64,000 nt of DNA from an uncultured Eubacteriales bacterium (GTDB lineage Bacteria > Acidobacteriota > Aminicenantia > Aminicenantales > Saccharicenantaceae). The stretch spans positions 8,105 to 72,104 of the forward strand of contig CAYQZX010000044.1 in assembly GCA_964422165.1 (NCBI GenBank). The letters run 5' to 3'. A model generated the notes under the pieces. That model did no database searches. It was given only the letters and a program-made list of their open reading frames with translations, and was not told the origin of the DNA. Shown here piece after piece: positions 47,014 to 55,238 of the stretch (position 1 is the stretch's first letter; every line of letters starts with the position of its first letter). The position numbers and the translations under genes were made by a program.

Positions 47014-47874
47014 TCAAAAAAAAAAAGACATTTTGTCAAGCGCGGTTTGCCTGTAAAAATTTGCCAGGGCCGCCTGCAGGCGCCGCCAGGCAGCCACGGA
47101 ACGCGCCAGATGCTCACGCGCATCACCACCAATACCATAACACTGGAGACCGATTGGCCCTTTGTAACCCAGGTCCCGGAGTGTCCTCAAAAAGGCCAGA
47201 ATGTCAAAAGAACCCTGGTCCAGCGGTTGAATGTATCGGCTCCAGCCTGGCTGGTCGTCATATTCGTCGGCACCATTGATGGATACTGCCATTAAACGGT
47301 GCAGCGCTTGCTGAAGCTTCGTCCTGTAATCGCGGTCTTTTGAGACACGCAGCCAGTGGCAGAGGTTGAACATCACCCCAACGTTTGGCCGGTCTACTTT
47401 GTCTGCTACCCGCACGGCGTCTTCAACCCGCTCTATCCAGTTTCCGGTGTGCGGATAAAGAAGCAAGAAGGCCTCTGCTTCTTGAGCCAGGACTGACATC
47501 TCATGGATGATGGGAATCGCTCTTTCATCAGCAGAAGTATCGGATGGCTTGGCTCCTTCAAAAATCAGCAGAAACTGAACCCCACGGCCTTTAACCGCTT
47601 GCAGCACCTGGCGGAATCGTTTCTGGTCGTATGGAGCCTGGCCCGGGGCAATGTTGACCATCATGGTGATTTGAAAAAGCTTCAGCTCCACAGATTCAAG
47701 CGAAGCCAGGCGCTCTTCCACTCCATCTAACCAGATGTGGCCTACGCCATCGTAGCCGAGCTCCTTTAACATGACTGCTTGCTCGGTGAAATTTCTCTTT
47801 TTGGCATCATGCCAGTCTATGCAGAAAGGAAAAAACGGTTGGGCACTCTGGGCGGTGACCGAAACAACTTGCAC
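47014..47874 (-). CDS. Sugar phosphate isomerase/epimerase (xylose-isomerase-like TIM barrel)
   Basis: LGYDGVGHIWLDG...GVQFLLIFEG...NVGVMFNLCHW motifs of the AP-endonuclease-2/xylose-isomerase-like TIM-barrel family. High GC. Confidence 0.8.
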   Translation of the reverse strand: MQVVSVTAQSAQPFFPFCIDWHDAKKRNFTEQAVMLKELGYDGVGHIWLDGVEERLASLESVELKLFQITMMVNIAPGQAPYDQKRFRQVLQAVKGRGVQFLLIFEGAKPSDTSADERAIPIIHEMSVLAQEAEAFLLLYPHTGNWIERVEDAVRVADKVDRPNVGVMFNLCHWLRVSKDRDYRTKLQQALHRLMAVSINGADEYDDQPGWSRYIQPLDQGSFDILAFLRTLRDLGYKGPIGLQCYGIGGDAREHLARSVAAWRRLQAALANFYRQTALDKMSFFF

Positions 47875-47983
47875 AGCAGCCAGAACCAGTGCAGGGTACG
47901 CCGGGTTAAAGCCGTATGGTTCCTTGGTTTTCTGATGTTAATCCAATTCTAAAAAGGTTAGAGTCGATTTTTAGAGGCAGAGG

Positions 47984-49987
47984 TTATCTGCTTATTTTCA
48001 GGTAAATTGTAGATTTTGAGCCAGATAGGGCCAGTCCCCTGACTGAAAGCTGGTATTCTCCAGGTGGAATTCCCGCCAGAGAACAGATGTAAACCAGGGA
48101 CTTGCAGCCTGTGCGCTGGTTAATGTTCTTTTCTATTAAACTAACTGGAAGATTAAACTGCCCCTTTTGACCGTCAAGAAAGAAATCAGGCTTTTCCTCC
48201 CGTAGCCCACGGTCGTAAACTTGCAGGAAAATAGCCAGCAAACGATCGCCAAGGATTTCTTCGGAACAGTATGGCAGAAAGACCGCTGAACTCAGGTTCA
48301 ACAGTCCTGAGCTGCCAAAGGTGAACGGTTTCCCTTTTGCGGCTTGCGGCAACAATCGCCCGGCCAGAAAATTGATGAGAGTAGGCTCTTTTTTCTGGTC
48401 CAGGTCCGGGAGTTCCAGCCAAATTTTTTTTGCTCCTATTTTATTTGTATCTGTTCGCAAGATGGCTACTGTTTCGTAACGGCCTGGTTTAATTTTTATT
48501 TTTGAAGTGATAAAGTAATAATCGAAATAAGAGTTTCCAGCTTTAAGGTCTTGACTCAGGTCCAGCAATTCTTCACCAAGATGAACTCTTTCTCCGGCTA
48601 TTTCTTGCAGGCCAAGAAAAAAATTGATTTTTCCCTGAGTCCAATTGGTCTCTTTTAGTGGTCGTAGTGACAATCTAATTTTACCCCACAACAGATAGCT
48701 GTTCTTTTTCTCTGGCCAGGCAATTAGTTGGAAATTGAAATCAACGTCCTTGTAAAATTCAGGGGAAAAGAACGAAGCGGCCAGTTCCCGGATTTTCTTT
48801 TCTTGCTCTGGATATTCAATATAACCGGCTCTGCTTCTAACCGATAATCCCTCTCTTTTTACCTTGACCTCTACTTGGTGAAACTTGCCGTCTTCTTCCC
48901 TGGTGGCTGGCTTATAGGCGATTTCGTAATAGCACTCGCTTTCCCTTTTTAAGATCTCAACCAGATTTTCTGGTGTATAGATTTCCGAAAGCTGTAAACC
49001 GCCGGTTTTCCTGGTAAGATGAGAAAGCGCGAAATTGTTCTGGTCTATGACCGTTTCCGCGGGGTTAAAACAATAGAATGATATTTTATAAACATTGGCA
49101 TAGTTTATAATCTCTTCAAGAATAGCAGTGTATTCATTGCTTTTGATAATTTTGAAAGGGTCGAAGAATTTCAGGTTTCTCAAGCCCTGATGGTTAAAAT
49201 AGATGTTGCTTTGCTGCTCTGGTAAGCCAGAGCTTATCAAAAGAACTTGCTTCCTTCCGGCAGGTTCCTGGTTCATCTGGATGAAAGTTAAAAGGCAGCT
49301 TAGAGTTTTCTGCAGAAGGTTTCTCCACTGCAGGCGTTCCAGTTCTTCAGAGGTTGTTTCTGGGAGAGTTTCGCCTAAAATTTCGAGACTTCTTTTCCAG
49401 GCCTCAGATTTGGACCGCTTAAGGAAGGTAGCCTGAAGGCTGCCTGCAATTGTCTGGAGAGTTTTTCTTATAGTTGATTCATCCTGGGTAAAGTCACTCA
49501 AGACTTTTAGGCCTTCCTGGTAGTCAAATTTTAAAATGGTTATTTCATAACCCTCGGCGGCCAGCCGGCAAAGGACATCTGTAACTCTGGCCAAAGCTCT
49601 TCTCATAAGTACTTCTTCAGTATTCAGGCCATCAAAAATTACCCAGAGACGTTTTCTAAACTTAATTTCTTCAGGAAATTTTATTTCAGGAATAATTTTC
49701 GATAGTTCTTCTCTGTTTTTGAGGGTTATAAGTTCTACTGAGTGAATGGGCCGTGGCCAACCATCTTCATAAACTTCAAAATCTCCAGAATTTAGGCCCG
49801 GGATAAAGTTTCCATTCTTATCTGTAACGATGACATCAACCAGCTTGAGTCTTACGGTTACTTTATGATGTTCAACCGGCACCTGCTGCTGGTTCAGGGC
49901 CATTAAAATGAGGCTAGATGTAAAAAGGAGACCTGAGAAGAAGAAAGCTCCTTTCTTAAAGGTTTTATTCCCCGCCTTCTGTCTCAT
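47984..49987 (-). CDS. Secreted VWFA-related protein (acidobacterial-type VWFA-related domain, TIGR03436-like)
   Basis: Signal peptide and an N-terminal VRLKLVDVIVTDKNGNFIPGLNSGDFEVYEDGWPRPIHSVEL block typical of that family, followed by a degenerate VWA-like region. Confidence 0.7.
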   Translation of the reverse strand: MRQKAGNKTFKKGAFFFSGLLFTSSLILMALNQQQVPVEHHKVTVRLKLVDVIVTDKNGNFIPGLNSGDFEVYEDGWPRPIHSVELITLKNREELSKIIPEIKFPEEIKFRKRLWVIFDGLNTEEVLMRRALARVTDVLCRLAAEGYEITILKFDYQEGLKVLSDFTQDESTIRKTLQTIAGSLQATFLKRSKSEAWKRSLEILGETLPETTSEELERLQWRNLLQKTLSCLLTFIQMNQEPAGRKQVLLISSGLPEQQSNIYFNHQGLRNLKFFDPFKIIKSNEYTAILEEIINYANVYKISFYCFNPAETVIDQNNFALSHLTRKTGGLQLSEIYTPENLVEILKRESECYYEIAYKPATREEDGKFHQVEVKVKREGLSVRSRAGYIEYPEQEKKIRELAASFFSPEFYKDVDFNFQLIAWPEKKNSYLLWGKIRLSLRPLKETNWTQGKINFFLGLQEIAGERVHLGEELLDLSQDLKAGNSYFDYYFITSKIKIKPGRYETVAILRTDTNKIGAKKIWLELPDLDQKKEPTLINFLAGRLLPQAAKGKPFTFGSSGLLNLSSAVFLPYCSEEILGDRLLAIFLQVYDRGLREEKPDFFLDGQKGQFNLPVSLIEKNINQRTGCKSLVYICSLAGIPPGEYQLSVRGLALSGSKSTIYLKISR

Positions 49988-50040
49988 GAATAAAATTTAT
50001 TTCATTATGTTAAATCAAGGTGTTATTTCAGCCGTAATAA

Positions 50041-50415
50041 TCAATTACATGGCCAGGTTTCACAGAGTTGATAAAAATTCCAGTATTCTTCTGATTGACC
50101 GGTAACAGGGTTAAAAAGCCTTATCCAGATGTCATAGTAGTTGCGGCAGATACCGTCGAGGCAGGTGCCATAAGGACATACAGGAATAACATCTATCTCT
50201 ATTACCCACGGCTCGGGATAGGATTGACGGTATAAACTTAAATATTCTTTTATAAAAATGCTCTCGCAATTCTGGTCATTGAAACAAAGGTGCTCCTGGT
50301 CTGGATCAGGGCACCCACAGTTCATAATCTGCTTACTGTCACCTGGGGAAACCTTAACTATCATTAAGTTTAGAAAAATCATAAAAATAATTATTGAACT
50401 AAATACTTTTTTCAT
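50041..50415 (-). CDS. Small secreted cysteine-rich protein
   Basis: 124 aa with a signal peptide and 10 Cys (NCGCPDPDQEHLCFNDQNCES...CPYGTCLDGICRNYY). RBS GGGAGAAG. Confidence 0.5.
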   Translation of the reverse strand: MKKVFSSIIIFMIFLNLMIVKVSPGDSKQIMNCGCPDPDQEHLCFNDQNCESIFIKEYLSLYRQSYPEPWVIEIDVIPVCPYGTCLDGICRNYYDIWIRLFNPVTGQSEEYWNFYQLCETWPCN

Positions 50416-50543
50416 CTTCTCCCCTATTTATTAAATATATAAAAGTTTTTAAATCAGTCAATCAAACGGGGAAGACTCATTTTTTGACCAGGGCCAAGGT
50501 TTTTTAAGGCCTAAAAATTACAGATAAGATGAAATCGTAGTTT

Positions 50544-50563
50544 ACAAATGGACGTCTGTTTGT
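50544..50563. promoter_or_regulatory. Imperfect palindrome ACAAATGGACGTCTGTTTGT related to the site at 43616-43633, in the divergent region upstream of the Gfo/Idh/MocA gene (50793) and the Cys-rich gene (50415)
   Basis: Shares the core CAAAT-GACGTCT-TTTG and the flanking context (TTTaCAAAT...TTTGtcAAATA against TTTGACAAAT...TTTGGTAAATA). Confidence 0.35.
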
Positions 50564-50792
50564 CAAATACGGAAATAATAAGTTTTTCAAATACCAACCT
50601 GATAAATACCATTACTTCTGCCGGGGTGGTTTGAATTATCTAAATGGTGCCGCGATGCTTCCATCAACTCATTATAAAATAAATCCGTATCCTGACCTCA
50701 AAGAAATTTCTGTTTGAAAAGTGAGGAGGGTTTAAATAACATAGGATTGGTAAATTTTTCTTTAATCTTAAATTTATAAAAGGGAGAAAGCC

Positions 50793-51965
50793 ATGATTGA
50801 AGGTCAGGAAACCTTAGGTAAAGTCACTCAGTTAAAATACGCCATGGTCGGCGGTGGCGTCGGAGCTTTTATCGGTGATGTTCACCGCAAAGCCATTGCC
50901 ATGGACGGCAAAGCCAGGCTGGTGGCCGGCTGCTTTTCTCAGAGCTATGAAAATACCCTGAAAACCGGCGAGCTGCTGGGCCTGGACAAAAGCCGCCTTT
51001 ACCGCAACTTTGAGGAGATGCTCAAGGCAGAGGCTGCTCATCCTGACCGGCCGGATTTTATCGTCATCGTCACACCCAACGACACCCATTATCCGATTGC
51101 CCGCCTGGCCCTGAACCTGGGATTTGCCGTGGTCTGCGACAAACCCTTAGCCACCAGCAGTAAGCTCGCTCAAGAGCTGGCTGATTTAGCCCGCCAGAAG
51201 GGCCTTCTTTTCTGCGTTACCTACACCTATTCCGGCTTTCCCATCATCAAGCATTTGCGGCATCTTATTGCCAGCGGGGAATTAGGCACCATTCGCTTTG
51301 TGGCCGGCGAATATCCGCAGGAATGGCTGGCTACCTTGCTGGAGAAAACCGGGCAGAAACAGGCCGCCTGGCGCACGGACCCAGCCAGGGCTGGCATTTC
51401 TAACTGTGTCGGTGATATCGGCTCGCACATTGAGCACATGGTTTCTTACCTTACGGGCCTGGAGATTGAATCGCTCTGTGCCCGCCTTGACCACTTCGGT
51501 GAGGGTCGGCCACTTGATGACAACGCTTCCATCATGGTGAATTTTAAGGGTGGAGCACGTGGTCTTTACTGGTGCTCGCAGATTGCCATTGGCCATGACA
51601 ATGGTTTCAGAGTTCGTATTTACGGCACCAAAGGCGCGGTGGAATGGTACCAGGAAGACCCCAACCACGCCAAAATCGCTTATCTGGACCGGCCGGTGGC
51701 TTTCATTTCGCGTGGCCGCGACCCGATGTGTCCCCGGGCTCAGGCTTTATCCCGCATTCCATCGGGCCACAACGAAGGCTATTTCGAAGCTTTTGCCAAC
51801 ATCTATTCCACCTTCATTACGGCTCTGGACAAAAAACTCCGCGGAGAGCCGCTCACTGCTGAAGACCTGGATTTCCCGAATGCCGAGGAAGGAGTGCGCG
51901 GTGTGCGCTTTATAGAAAAGTGCGTGGAAAGCTCGGAAAAAGGCGCAGTCTGGGTTAGTTTTTAA
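50793..51965 (+). CDS. Gfo/Idh/MocA-family oxidoreductase (cytoplasmic)
   Basis: KYAMVGGGVGAFIGDVHRKA Rossmann motif and the family C-terminal domain. No signal peptide. RBS AAGGGAGAAAG. Confidence 0.85.
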   Translation: MIEGQETLGKVTQLKYAMVGGGVGAFIGDVHRKAIAMDGKARLVAGCFSQSYENTLKTGELLGLDKSRLYRNFEEMLKAEAAHPDRPDFIVIVTPNDTHYPIARLALNLGFAVVCDKPLATSSKLAQELADLARQKGLLFCVTYTYSGFPIIKHLRHLIASGELGTIRFVAGEYPQEWLATLLEKTGQKQAAWRTDPARAGISNCVGDIGSHIEHMVSYLTGLEIESLCARLDHFGEGRPLDDNASIMVNFKGGARGLYWCSQIAIGHDNGFRVRIYGTKGAVEWYQEDPNHAKIAYLDRPVAFISRGRDPMCPRAQALSRIPSGHNEGYFEAFANIYSTFITALDKKLRGEPLTAEDLDFPNAEEGVRGVRFIEKCVESSEKGAVWVSF

Positions 51966-51985
51966 GTTTGGTTAAGGAGGAAAAA

Positions 51986-52975
51986 ATGAAAAGACCTGTT
52001 ACTTTGTTCACCGGTCAATGGGCTGACCTGCCCTTTGAAATTCTCTGCGAAAAGGTCAGTGCCTGGGGATACGACGGCCTGGAAATTGCCTGCTGGGGCG
52101 ACCACCTGGAAGTAAAAAAAGCAGCAGAGGACCCGGCTTATGTTCAGAAAAAATTAGAAACGCTGTCCAAACACAACCTGAAATGCTGGGCCCTCGGAGC
52201 TCACCTGGCCGGCCAGTGTGTGGGCGACCTCTACGACCCGCGGCTGGACACCTTTGCCCCAGATAAAGTCAAAGGCAAACCGGAAGAGCTCCGGGCTTGG
52301 GCCATAGAAGAGATGAAGCTCACGGCCAGGGCGGCAAAAAACCTCGGCTGCTACGTGGTCAACGGTTTTATGGGGTCACCCATCTGGAAGTTCTGGTATT
52401 CATTTCCACCAACCAGCGAGGAGATGGTAGAACAGGGCTTTCAGAAAATAAAAGAGCTCTGGACGCCCATTCTGGATGAGTTTGACCGCTGCGGCGTTAA
52501 ATTTGCTCTCGAAGTTCATCCGACTGAGATAGCCTTTGATTTTTACACGGCCAAGAGGCTGCTGGAAGTTTTTGACTACCGCCCGACCCTGGGCTTCAAT
52601 TTTGACCCCAGCCACCTGTTGTGGCAGGGGATGGTGCCGCACCTTTTTATCCGGGAATTTTCCGACCGGATTTTCCATGTGCACATGAAGGATGTGGCCA
52701 TAACGCTTGATGGCAAAGCTTCTCTCATCGGTTCTCATCTGCCTTTTGGTGACCTGCGCCGCGGCTGGAATTTCCGCTCTCTGGGACATGGTGATGTAGA
52801 CTTTGAATCCATCATCCGTGAACTTAATGCTATTGGTTATAACGGCCCGCTTTCGGTAGAATGGGAAGACAACGGCATGGACCGGGAATTTGGCGCCAGA
52901 GAAGCCCTGGAGTTTGTCCGCAGCCACGATTTTCCGCCTTCAGGTGTGGCCTTTGACAGCCATATGAAAAAATAG
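51986..52975 (+). CDS. Sugar phosphate isomerase/epimerase (xylose-isomerase-like TIM barrel)
   Basis: WGYDGLEIACWGDH...ALEVHPTE...FNFDPSHL...HVHMKD metal-binding motifs. AAGGAGG sits 5 nt before the ATG at 51986; the track start at 51968 is a TTG upstream of the RBS. Confidence 0.85.
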   Translation: MKRPVTLFTGQWADLPFEILCEKVSAWGYDGLEIACWGDHLEVKKAAEDPAYVQKKLETLSKHNLKCWALGAHLAGQCVGDLYDPRLDTFAPDKVKGKPEELRAWAIEEMKLTARAAKNLGCYVVNGFMGSPIWKFWYSFPPTSEEMVEQGFQKIKELWTPILDEFDRCGVKFALEVHPTEIAFDFYTAKRLLEVFDYRPTLGFNFDPSHLLWQGMVPHLFIREFSDRIFHVHMKDVAITLDGKASLIGSHLPFGDLRRGWNFRSLGHGDVDFESIIRELNAIGYNGPLSVEWEDNGMDREFGAREALEFVRSHDFPPSGVAFDSHMKK

Positions 52976-52992
52976 GGAAAAAACACCGCGTT

Positions 52993-53020
52993 TGCCGCAG
53001 GGCTCGTGCGGCTGGCCCCA
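52993..53020 (+). terminator. Possible weak intrinsic terminator after the TIM-barrel isomerase gene
   Basis: GCCGCA-GGGCTCG-TGCGGC hairpin 18 nt after the stop, followed by a weak T-containing tract (CCCCATTTAGACTTT). Confidence 0.25.
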
Positions 53021-53496
53021 TTTAGACTTTAAAAGCAAGATTCTCCAGGATGATGATAGACCAATTATATATGAACAATTATTCATATATCACTGTGTGT
53101 CTGACCGGTTGGACATCAAGTTTAACTGGCGGAAATCTTAATCGCAGTCCGGCACAGCTTAGAATCTGTTGATGCTAACCTCGAACTGGAGCCGGGCCAG
53201 TTACCGGGTGGCATTAGCGCCAGCGGGTCAGTTTTTTGTAAAATCCCTGTCCGGTTAGCGAAGCCAGCAGAGAATCAATACTCAGGGAGCTATTCCAATA
53301 AAAAAGTATCGGGGGAAATTTAAGATGTCCTGCCTCTACCTCTGATATAAGGCCAATGGGCTGGGCCAATTGATTTGAGGTTGCGTCGGGCTTCAATTTA
53401 TTGTAGAAATTTATGAGCCCTAAAAAGGTGTTTAATCCGAAAGCGTTTTGTAGGAAAATATAATACCTAATTAAAAAAGAAAGAAGAGAGACGACC

Positions 53497-54927
53497 ATGG
53501 CTGAAAAGAAAGAAAAAATGGAAAAGGTCGGCCCGCCGGTTCAACTTCCGGCAAAAACAACCTCAGAGAAGTCTGGCCCGGAGCTTTCCCGCCGTGATTT
53601 CCTGAAAACCACCGCAGCCGCCGGTCTGACCGTAGCCACGGGCCAACTTTTCGGAATGCCCCTTCTCATCAGCAGCCGGGGTCAGGGCAAAGCGGTAATG
53701 CCCTCTGAAGAGCTGAGAATAGCGCTGATCGGAGCCGGCGAACAGGGCCGGATTCTCCTCGATTGCTGCCTCAGAATTCCCGGGATTAAAATTGCGGCCA
53801 TTTGCGATATCTGGGAATACAGCCGGACCTATGCTTCCGGTTATGTCCGAAAATATGGTCAGACCCCGAATGTTTATGAAGATTACCGCCAGATGCTCAA
53901 CAGCGAAAAAGACCTTGATGCGGTCATCGTGGCCACGCCCGACTGGGTTCACGCCGAGCAGACCAATGCCTGCCTTAACCACGGGCTTCACGTTTACTGC
54001 GAGAAGGAAATGTCCAACAGTCTGGAGAAAGCGCGTTCCATGGTCGAGACTGCCCGGCGCACCGGAAAACTCCTGCAGATTGGTCATCAGCGGCGCTCCA
54101 ACCCGCGCTACATCCACGCCATTGAGAAGCTCATCCATGACCGGAAGCTTCTCGGCCGGGTGATGATTGCCTATGCTCAATGGAACCGGGCTAAAGCTGA
54201 TATGCTCAGCTGGCCCAAGAAATACACTATTGACCCGCAGACGCTCCATAAATACGGCTACAACTCTATGGAAGAGTTTCGCAACTGGCGCTGGTTCAAA
54301 AAATACGGAGGTGGACCCATCGTTGACCTTGGTTCTCACCAGATTGACCTTTTTAGCTGGGTATTTAAAACCAATCCAAAAACAGTCGTAGCTTCTGGAG
54401 GTGTGGATTATTATCAGAACCGAGAGTGGTACGATAACGTCATGGTCATCTATGAGTATGAAACCACCGAAGGAACAGCCAGAGCCTTCTACCAGGTTCA
54501 AACCACTACTTCCCACGGTGGATTCTATGAAACTTTTATGGGTGAGGACGGCTCTCTGGTAATTTCTGAAGTTCCGCAGAAAGGAAATTGGGCTTACCGC
54601 GAAGCCCACGCTCCAGACTGGGAGTCCCTGGTCAGGGAAGGTTTGCTTATGTCCGAAGCGCCGCCCATCCAGAAGCTGGAAACCAGAAATGTTTTTGTTG
54701 ATATTCGGGTTACTGCTGAGGCCGGGCGCTGGCCTCTGCCCGTAGAGTTAGCCAAGCCAGCTCATCAACCACATTTAGAAAACTTTTTTGAAGCTATTCG
54801 CAAAGGGATTCCGCTTAGCTGTCCGGCCGACCTGGCTTACGAGACGGCTGTAGCCGTACTCAGGGTAAACGAGGCAGTTAGGACCAGGTCCCTGCTCCGC
54901 TTCCGCCCAGAAGATTTCAAAGCTTAA
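53497..54927 (+). CDS. Gfo/Idh/MocA-family oxidoreductase with Tat signal (GH109-like)
   Basis: Twin-arginine motif SRRDFLKTTAAAGLTVATGQ, a GAGEQGR Rossmann region and the family C-terminal domain. Paralog of 39606-40931. Confidence 0.85.
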   Translation: MAEKKEKMEKVGPPVQLPAKTTSEKSGPELSRRDFLKTTAAAGLTVATGQLFGMPLLISSRGQGKAVMPSEELRIALIGAGEQGRILLDCCLRIPGIKIAAICDIWEYSRTYASGYVRKYGQTPNVYEDYRQMLNSEKDLDAVIVATPDWVHAEQTNACLNHGLHVYCEKEMSNSLEKARSMVETARRTGKLLQIGHQRRSNPRYIHAIEKLIHDRKLLGRVMIAYAQWNRAKADMLSWPKKYTIDPQTLHKYGYNSMEEFRNWRWFKKYGGGPIVDLGSHQIDLFSWVFKTNPKTVVASGGVDYYQNREWYDNVMVIYEYETTEGTARAFYQVQTTTSHGGFYETFMGEDGSLVISEVPQKGNWAYREAHAPDWESLVREGLLMSEAPPIQKLETRNVFVDIRVTAEAGRWPLPVELAKPAHQPHLENFFEAIRKGIPLSCPADLAYETAVAVLRVNEAVRTRSLLRFRPEDFKA

Positions 54928-55238
54928 ATGAAAGTGGGTGCTTGAGGAAATGATAGTTAATAGCTCGGGGAGAGGACAGAGAATGGGAGCCCATAAGGCC
55001 GGAAAAGATAGGATAGTTCTGGAAAAGACCGGAAACGGCGAAATAGAGAGCTCAAAACTGTGACATTCAAAAGGAAACAAAAGCAGGAATTGAAGGAGAG
55101 AGTAGAGGATGATCGGGAAATTTTAGATTATGATAAGAGAAGCAGGAAGATAGAGTTAATGAATTTTAATTAAACCATATATGAAAAATAGGTAAAATGG
55201 CTTAAAGAAAAAAAGGACAGATTACCAGAGGAAGTGAG

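Noticed and set aside
46989-47138. Long N-terminal extension of the beta-propeller ORF (track start 47138)
   Set aside because: It would overlap the 3' end of the well-supported sugar-isomerase gene (stop at 47014) by 125 nt. The internal ATG at 46988 precedes a typical signal/anchor sequence.
51200-54650. Antisense and alternative-frame ORFs, including a 348-aa ORF at 53563-54609 (-) and 175 aa at 52400-52927 (-)
   Set aside because: The same high-GC artefact. They lie wholly inside strongly supported Gfo/Idh/MocA and TIM-barrel genes and are Arg/Pro/Gly-rich with no recognisable domains.
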